Shown in pieces: positions 58,927 through 64,000 of a stretch of DNA of 64,000 nt. Both the position numbers and the translations under genes were made by a program. The DNA comes from Vicinamibacterales bacterium (GTDB lineage Bacteria > Acidobacteriota > Vicinamibacteria > Vicinamibacterales > SCN-69-37), in contig JBKJQX010000224.1 in NCBI GenBank assembly GCA_046594875.1, positions 54,172 through 118,171 of the forward strand, given 5' to 3'. The stretch's first letter is position 1; each line of letters starts with the position of its first letter. The notes under the pieces are model-generated. The model searched no databases. It was not told where the DNA came from and saw nothing but the letters and a program-made list of their open reading frames with translations.

Positions 58927-59498
58927 CAGGACAGACTGTGAGGGTGAACATGAGCACGATGAGACGGGGGCTGCTCGGAGTGATGGCCGTGGCCTGCATC
59001 GCCGCCTCCGGATGCGGCTACGCGCTGTCGGGCCGCGGTTCGTTCCTGCCGGACTACATCCAGGTGGTGGGCGTGCCTGCGTTCATCAACAAGACATCCG
59101 TGTTTGAGATCGATCGCGTGCTGACCGATCGCGTTCGCACGGAGTTTGGCGGACGCGGCAAGTACCGCGTGCAACCGGACACCAACAACGTGGATGCGAT
59201 CCTTATTGGCACGATCACCAGTGTGCGCACGGCCAACACGTCGTACACGGCCAACAGCCAGGCCGCGCGGGTGCAGCTGATTGTGACTGCGTCATTCGAG
59301 TTTCGTGACGTGAGGGACAACAAAGTATTGTGGGCCAACCCTGCGATGACCTACCGCGAGGAGTACGAGCCCTCGAGCGGCTCGGGAGTGACGGGTGCGG
59401 ATGCGACGGCGTTTTTCGGACAGAACGCCAACGCCATGGAACGCATGGCCCAGAACTTCGCGCGTTCGGTCGTGACCTCGATCCTCGAGGCGTTTTAG
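58923..59498 (+). CDS. lptE: LptE-like LPS-assembly lipoprotein
   Basis: Lipobox ...CIAASGCG. Follows leuS and precedes holA, the conserved leuS-lptE-holA order. Confidence 0.7.
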   Translation: MTGQTVRVNMSTMRRGLLGVMAVACIAASGCGYALSGRGSFLPDYIQVVGVPAFINKTSVFEIDRVLTDRVRTEFGGRGKYRVQPDTNNVDAILIGTITSVRTANTSYTANSQAARVQLIVTASFEFRDVRDNKVLWANPAMTYREEYEPSSGSGVTGADATAFFGQNANAMERMAQNFARSVVTSILEAF

Positions 59499-59507
59499 GA
59501 TACACCC

Positions 59508-60557
59508 GTGCCCAATCTTGACGTGGCCGCCCTCCGCAAGCATCTGGCGGCCAGGACGCTCAGCCGTGTGTATGTCTTCCTCGGTGAAGATGTGAAACTG
59601 GTTGATGCGATGGTGGATGCCGTCGAGGCCACGGTGGACGTGGCCGACCGGCCGTTTGCCGTGGACCGGATGTATGCCGGCGAAGCGGGCGGTGCGCCGG
59701 TGGATATCGCGGCGTCGTGCCGCAGCCTGCCGATGCTCGGCGATCGCCGTCTCGTGATCGTCATGCGCGCCGAGCGGTTGTTGAAACCCAAGCGTGCCGG
59801 AAAGGCGACCGACGAGGAAGAAGAGGTGGATGACGCGCCCACGGATGGGGAGAGCGCCGCGACAGACCTCACACCGCTTGAAGACTACGTGGCCGCCCCT
59901 GCCGAGTTTGCGACGCTGGTGTTTGTTGCGACTGAGATCGATCGCACGCGCCGGTTTACCAAGAAACTGATCGAGAAGGCGCAGGTGGTGGAGTTCAAGG
60001 GGATCCGCGCCGAGGCACGATCCGGCCCCGCCGGCGCGAATGCCGCGATGGCGCAGGCGCGGACGTTTGTGCAGGATGAGATGACCCGTGAGGGCCGCAC
60101 CATGGAGCCGGCCGCGGTCGCAATGCTCACCAGACGCTCGGGGGCCGACATCTCCAAGTTGAGAGGCGACATCGAGCGGTTGCTGCTGTTTGTGGCGGGG
60201 CGGAAGGCCATTACCGTGGCCGATGTGGAGAGTGTGGCCTCCGACGGCGCGACAGTTCAGGACGACTGGGCCGTGACCAACGCCATCAGCGCCGGTGATG
60301 CGGCGCTGGGGTTGAGGGAACTGGCACTGCGCTTCGAGCGAGGCGACTCGCCCCACGGCATCGTGGGGCAGTTGCGGTGGTGGGTGTCGAACCAGTTGGC
60401 GTCTGGCGCGCCCGATCGTGTGAAGCCTGCCCTGGATGCGCTGTTGCGCACCGACCTGGCGCTCAAAAGCTCAGGAGGGGAGGACCAGGTGCTGCTTGAG
60501 CGCCTGGTGGTGGAACTGACCGGGCGACCGCTTACGCGGTCGCGGTCTTCTTGGTGA
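59508..60557 (+). CDS. holA: DNA polymerase III delta subunit
   Basis: 349 aa with a YVFLGEDVKLVD-type N-terminus. Synteny after lptE. The C-terminal winged-helix-like region is present. Confidence 0.8.
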   Translation: MPNLDVAALRKHLAARTLSRVYVFLGEDVKLVDAMVDAVEATVDVADRPFAVDRMYAGEAGGAPVDIAASCRSLPMLGDRRLVIVMRAERLLKPKRAGKATDEEEEVDDAPTDGESAATDLTPLEDYVAAPAEFATLVFVATEIDRTRRFTKKLIEKAQVVEFKGIRAEARSGPAGANAAMAQARTFVQDEMTREGRTMEPAAVAMLTRRSGADISKLRGDIERLLLFVAGRKAITVADVESVASDGATVQDDWAVTNAISAGDAALGLRELALRFERGDSPHGIVGQLRWWVSNQLASGAPDRVKPALDALLRTDLALKSSGGEDQVLLERLVVELTGRPLTRSRSSW

Positions 60558-60807
60558 GCTTCTTCACGATCCGCGACTTGTAACGGCCGGCCGTGTTGTC
60601 GTGGATGATCTTCTTTGCCGACATCTTGTCGATCAGCGAGAAGGTCTTGCTGAGCGAGGCCTTGGCGGCCGCCGTGTCGCCCGAGTCAATGGCCGCGCGG
60701 ATGGCCTTGAGGCCGCTCCGGAGCTTCGATCGGAGTTCGCGGTTGTGTTCGGTGCGCTTGATGGTCTGGCGATTGGCTTTTACCGCCGATTTGTGTCGAG
60801 TGGCCAC
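60532..60807 (-). CDS. rpsT: 30S ribosomal protein S20
   Basis: MATRHKSAVKANRQTIKRTEHNR...; 91 aa, basic. Confidence 0.95.
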   Translation of the reverse strand: MATRHKSAVKANRQTIKRTEHNRELRSKLRSGLKAIRAAIDSGDTAAAKASLSKTFSLIDKMSAKKIIHDNTAGRYKSRIVKKLTKKTATA

Positions 60808-60869
60808 TGCTGGAAAACCTCACTTATTGGGATCCTGACGTGGACCCGAAACATCGAAGTATACCATTC

Positions 60870-61346
60870 CTAGCCCCATCCAGACCCCTCGCCGCCCTCC
60901 TTGGCCTGGCGCAGGCGCCGTTTCTCACGCTTCCCTGGGGCACTTTCCGGACCCCGGGCCCGCTGCGGGCCGGCCAGTCGGGCCATTTCGAGCATGGCCT
61001 TCACCTGCGGTGAGGGCTCGGGCGTCACGTCGTCGTAAAGGGCCCTGGCCAGGGCTTTGGCCATGTGGTGGCTCGCCAGGCCGAGCACGATCACCCGTTG
61101 GCGCACCCCGCGCGGCCGAGAAACTTCCACGACATCGCCGAGCCTGAGGGGCCGCTGCGCCTTGGCCGGCTGCCCGTTGACCTCCACCTTGCCGCCCTTG
61201 CAGGCCCTCTGCGCCTCCGAGCGCGTCTTGCACAGACACGCGACGTCGAGCCAGACATCTAACCGACACGGGGGCGGGTGTGGATTTGTGGAAAACTCCG
61301 GGGACATCACCATTGAGCGTCCCCAGAGTTTTCCACAAATCCACAC
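60870..61346 (-). CDS. S4-domain RNA-binding protein (Hsp15-like); N-terminus and all candidate start codons lie inside a palindromic element
   Basis: S4 motif RLDVWLDVACLCKTRSEAQRACKGGKVEVNGQPAK, with a basic C-terminal tail. Candidate starts at 61346, 61313, 61310 and 61307 are all within element A2. Confidence 0.7.
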   Translation of the reverse strand: MWICGKLWGRSMVMSPEFSTNPHPPPCRLDVWLDVACLCKTRSEAQRACKGGKVEVNGQPAKAQRPLRLGDVVEVSRPRGVRQRVIVLGLASHHMAKALARALYDDVTPEPSPQVKAMLEMARLAGPQRARGPESAPGKREKRRLRQAKEGGEGSGWG

Positions 61347-61355
61347 CCGTCCCCC
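61270..61355. repeat. Palindromic element family A, copy A2 (36-nt arms, 2 mismatches, 13-nt loop)
   Basis: GGGGGCGGGTGTGGATTTGTGGAAAACTCCGGGGAC / GTCCCCAGAGTTTTCCACAAATCCACACCCGTCCCCC. Confidence 0.95.
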
Positions 61356-61379
61356 TATCTGTCGAGATCGGGGAAGAGA

Positions 61380-61502
61380 GGGGGACGGGTGTCGATCTGT
61401 GGAAAACTCGGGAAAAGACGTCGGGTGTCTTTTTCAGTTGTACTCGATAAAAAGACACCCGACGTCTTTTCCCGAGTTTCCCACAGATCGACACCCGTCC
61501 CC
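61380..61502. repeat. Composite palindrome: family A outer arms with family B inner arms (54-55-nt arms, 1 mismatch, 14-nt loop)
   Basis: GGGGGACGGGTGTCGATCTGTGGAAAACTCGGGAAAAGACGTCGGGTGTCTTTTT-cagttgtactcgat-AAAAAGACACCCGACGTCTTTTCCCGAGTTTCCCACAGATCGACACCCGTCCCC. Confidence 0.95.
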
Positions 61503-61516
61503 TTATCATTTGGGTT

Positions 61517-64000
61517 ATGGCCAAGAGACTGCTGCTCGGACTGCTCCTGATCGCAAGTTCTTACGGCGCCACCCCGCAAGCCCAGACGCGCCCGGCATCC
61601 GGAATCACATCCCCGGCAGCTGAATTCGGCCACGCCTTTGGCGACGACTACTTCCTGGCCACCTACCGGCAGATGGAGGCGTATTGGCGGAAGCTCGACC
61701 GCGAGTCGGACCGGATGGTACTTGAGGACATCGGCAAGACGGCCGAAGGCCGCTCGCAGTTGATGGCCGTGGTCACCTCACCGGCCAATCACAAGAACCT
61801 GGCGCGTTACAAAGAGATCTCGCGCCGCCTGGCGCTGGCCGAAAATCTGACCGATGAACAGGCCCGCGCTCTCGCGAAAGAAGGCAAGGCCGTGGTCTGG
61901 ATTGACGGCGGCCTGCACGCCACTGAGACCCTCGGCGCACAGCAGCTGGGCGAGATGGTCTACCAGATGGTCAGTCGCAACGACGAAGAGACGCTGCGGA
62001 TATTGGACGACGTGATCATTTTGTTTGTGCATGCGAACCCGGACGGCAACGATCTCGTGGCCGACTGGTACATGCGGGCGTCCGATCCCAACGAGCGCGG
62101 CCTGGCGAACTTGCCGCGGCTTTACCAGAAGTACATCGGGCACGACAACAACCGCGACTTCTTCGCGTCCACCCAACCCGAAACCGAGAACATGAACCGC
62201 GTGCTCTATCACGAGTGGTTCCCGCAGATTCTCTACAACCACCATCAGAGCGGCCCGGCCGGCACCATCCTGTGGTCGCCGCCGCTGCGCGATCCGTTTA
62301 ACTACAACCAGGATCCGTTGCTGGTGCTCGGCCTGCAGACGGTCGGACTCGCGCTGCACACGCGCCTGGCGGCTGAAGGGAAGCCGGGCGCCACCATGCG
62401 ATCGGGCGGCCCGTACGACGGCTGGTGGAACGGCGGTATCCGCAACACGGCCGCGTTTCACAACACCATCGCGATTCTCACGGAGATGATCGGCAGCCCC
62501 ACGCCGATGCGCGTACCGCTCGTCATGGAGCGGCAGTTGCCCACCAGTGACCTGACGTTTCCCGTGGCGCCGCAGGAATGGCGGTTCAGGCAGTCCATCG
62601 ACTACTCGGTAGCCTGTAACCGCGGCGTGCTCGACAGCGCATCACGGATGAAGGAGAACTACCTGTACAACCGCTACGTGATGGGGAGGAACTCGATCCG
62701 GCGGGGGAGCGAGGATTCGTGGACGCCGCGGCCGCATCGCTACGCGGATGTCGCGCGCGAGTTTGCCTCGAGCCCGGCCGGGGGAGCTGCCGGCGCCGGC
62801 AGAGGTGGCGGGCGTGGGGGCGGCACGCCCGAAGCTGATGCCGCGCTTTGGGCCGCGCTGCGCAAGCCGGAATATCGCGACCCCCGCGGCTACATCCTGC
62901 CGTCGAACCAGCCGGACTTTCCGACGGCGGTCGAGTTCATCAACGCGCTGCGCGAGGTCGGCATCAAAGTGCATCGAGCCACATCGTCGTTCACTGTGGC
63001 AGGAAAGACGTATCCGCCAGGCTCCCTCGTCGTCATGACCAACCAGGCGTTTCGGCCGCATGTGATCGACATGTTCGAGCCACAGGATCATCCCGACAAT
63101 ATCCCGTCGCCCGGCGCACCGCCCACGCCGCCGTACGACAGCGCCGGATGGACGCTGGCCTATCAGATGGGGATCGAGTTCGATCGCGTCCTCGACGGAT
63201 TCACCGGGCCGTTTGAAGAAGTCAGGGACTGGAACATCACGTTTCTCAAGGGCGCGATGCCGGCATCCCTGGCTGGGGGATACCTGCTGAGCCGCGAGGT
63301 TCTGAATTCATTTGCCGCTGTGAATCAGTTGGCCGCCGGCGGCGCTACGGGCGTGTCGGTCACAACCGGGCCGCTGACCGTCGACGGCAAGGTGTTTCCT
63401 GTCGGGACGTTCCATGTGGCAGAGGGCCAGCGCGCGAAGCTGCAGGAAGTGCTCGGGCCCCTCGGGATGCATGCGGTGCCCTTTGGCCTGAAGATGAACA
63501 TCCTGGCGCCCGTCCGCGCACCGCGCGTCGGGTTGTGGGATCAATACGGCGGTTCGATGCCCGCCGGATGGACGCGCTGGATTCTGGAGCAGTTCAAGTT
63601 CGACTTCACTCGAGTGTTTGCGCCTCGTCTCGATGCCGGCAACCTCAACGCCGACTTCGACGTGCTGGTGTTTGTGACGGGCGCCATTCCGGGAACTGGC
63701 GTCGGTGGAGGGCGCGCGGGTGGCGCGGGCCGGGGAGGGACCGCGGGGCCGGCGCCAAACATTCCCGCGGAGTACCGCGATCAAGTGGGCAGCATCTCGA
63801 CCGGCATCATTGCGCAGCTCCGGCAGTTTGTCGAAAACGGAGGCCGCATCGTGGCGATTGGTAGTTCGGCGTCGAACCTCGCGCAACATCTTGGTCTGCC
63901 CATCGAGAACCACCTGACTGAGCCTGGAACCGCACCGGGCGCGGCGCCGCAGGCACTGCCGCGCACCAAGTACTACGTGCCGGGTTCGGTGTTGGGGGCG
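61517..64000 (+). CDS. M14-family zinc metallocarboxypeptidase-like secreted protein; partial, the 3' end runs off the window (828 codons visible)
   Basis: Hand translation from ATG 61517 is open to the window end. It is absent from the track because there is no stop. Signal peptide MAKRLLLGLLLIASSYGATPQAQ. Zinc motif WIDGGLHATE (HxxE). Also NPDG, HDNNRDF, and two Gly/Arg-rich inserts. Confidence 0.8.
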   Translation, partial: MAKRLLLGLLLIASSYGATPQAQTRPASGITSPAAEFGHAFGDDYFLATYRQMEAYWRKLDRESDRMVLEDIGKTAEGRSQLMAVVTSPANHKNLARYKEISRRLALAENLTDEQARALAKEGKAVVWIDGGLHATETLGAQQLGEMVYQMVSRNDEETLRILDDVIILFVHANPDGNDLVADWYMRASDPNERGLANLPRLYQKYIGHDNNRDFFASTQPETENMNRVLYHEWFPQILYNHHQSGPAGTILWSPPLRDPFNYNQDPLLVLGLQTVGLALHTRLAAEGKPGATMRSGGPYDGWWNGGIRNTAAFHNTIAILTEMIGSPTPMRVPLVMERQLPTSDLTFPVAPQEWRFRQSIDYSVACNRGVLDSASRMKENYLYNRYVMGRNSIRRGSEDSWTPRPHRYADVAREFASSPAGGAAGAGRGGGRGGGTPEADAALWAALRKPEYRDPRGYILPSNQPDFPTAVEFINALREVGIKVHRATSSFTVAGKTYPPGSLVVMTNQAFRPHVIDMFEPQDHPDNIPSPGAPPTPPYDSAGWTLAYQMGIEFDRVLDGFTGPFEEVRDWNITFLKGAMPASLAGGYLLSREVLNSFAAVNQLAAGGATGVSVTTGPLTVDGKVFPVGTFHVAEGQRAKLQEVLGPLGMHAVPFGLKMNILAPVRAPRVGLWDQYGGSMPAGWTRWILEQFKFDFTRVFAPRLDAGNLNADFDVLVFVTGAIPGTGVGGGRAGGAGRGGTAGPAPNIPAEYRDQVGSISTGIIAQLRQFVENGGRIVAIGSSASNLAQHLGLPIENHLTEPGTAPGAAPQALPRTKYYVPGSVLGA

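Noticed and set aside
61270-61520. Cluster of DnaA-box-like 9-mers considered as a chromosomal origin (oriC)
   Set aside because: The boxes belong to copies of a dispersed palindromic element, and one copy lies inside a coding region at 11.3 kb. There is no extended AT-rich unwinding region and no dnaA/dnaN/gidA context.

Overview
This is a 64-kb, high-GC chromosomal segment from a diderm bacterium. BamA, Skp, FabZ-LpxA, LpxI, LptE, LolCDE-like and TonB-like genes are all present. An Acidobacteriota-like lineage would fit the gene content, but taxonomy cannot be established from this window. The coding content is almost entirely core housekeeping, densely packed and mostly on the + strand. 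In order: dnaK-dnaJ-hspR; a DnaC/DnaI-like loader; hemW; acyl-CoA dehydrogenase plus a MeaB-epimerase fusion; MTA phosphorylase and a PfkB kinase; ribH-nusB-lysS; lolE/lolD-like; clpC; bamA-skp-fabZ/lpxA-lpxI; a futalosine-route menaquinone cluster (mqnA, an MqnC/E radical-SAM enzyme, amidohydrolase, UbiA-type prenyltransferase, ubiX, ubiE); miaA; deoB; yceD-rpmF-plsX-fabG-acpP-fabF; etfBA; pntAB (- strand); an EtfD-like Fe-S oxidoreductase; and leuS-lptE-holA, rpsT. Two real genes run off the window edges and are missing from the supplied ORF track because they have no in-window stop: 1..1347 on the - strand and 61517..64000 on the + strand. I recognised no rRNA, tRNA, CRISPR, transposase, integrase, prophage, toxin-antitoxin or defence genes, and I cannot point to a novel multi-gene protein system. 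What is unusual is the non-coding and junction architecture. (1) A tandem heptamer family (GGGTCCA)n occurs at five gene junctions and has a G-quadruplex-compatible sequence. (2) Other short tandem 7-9-mer arrays (AATGAGSC, GGTCCGYR, AAATGNNN, CCCGATT) make up whole intergenic regions, three times as inverted arrays flanking a core. (3) Two families of long near-perfect palindromic elements sit inside or fuse coding sequences: the MeaB-epimerase junction, an in-frame insert in an amidohydrolase, and the N-terminus of an S4-domain gene. Protein-level oddities are a DnaJ whose HPD motif reads HPG, a FabZ-LpxA fusion, a radical-SAM-dead MqnC/E paralogue and a frameshifted Ca-binding secreted protein. 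All functional calls come from motif and synteny recognition by eye; no database search was possible.
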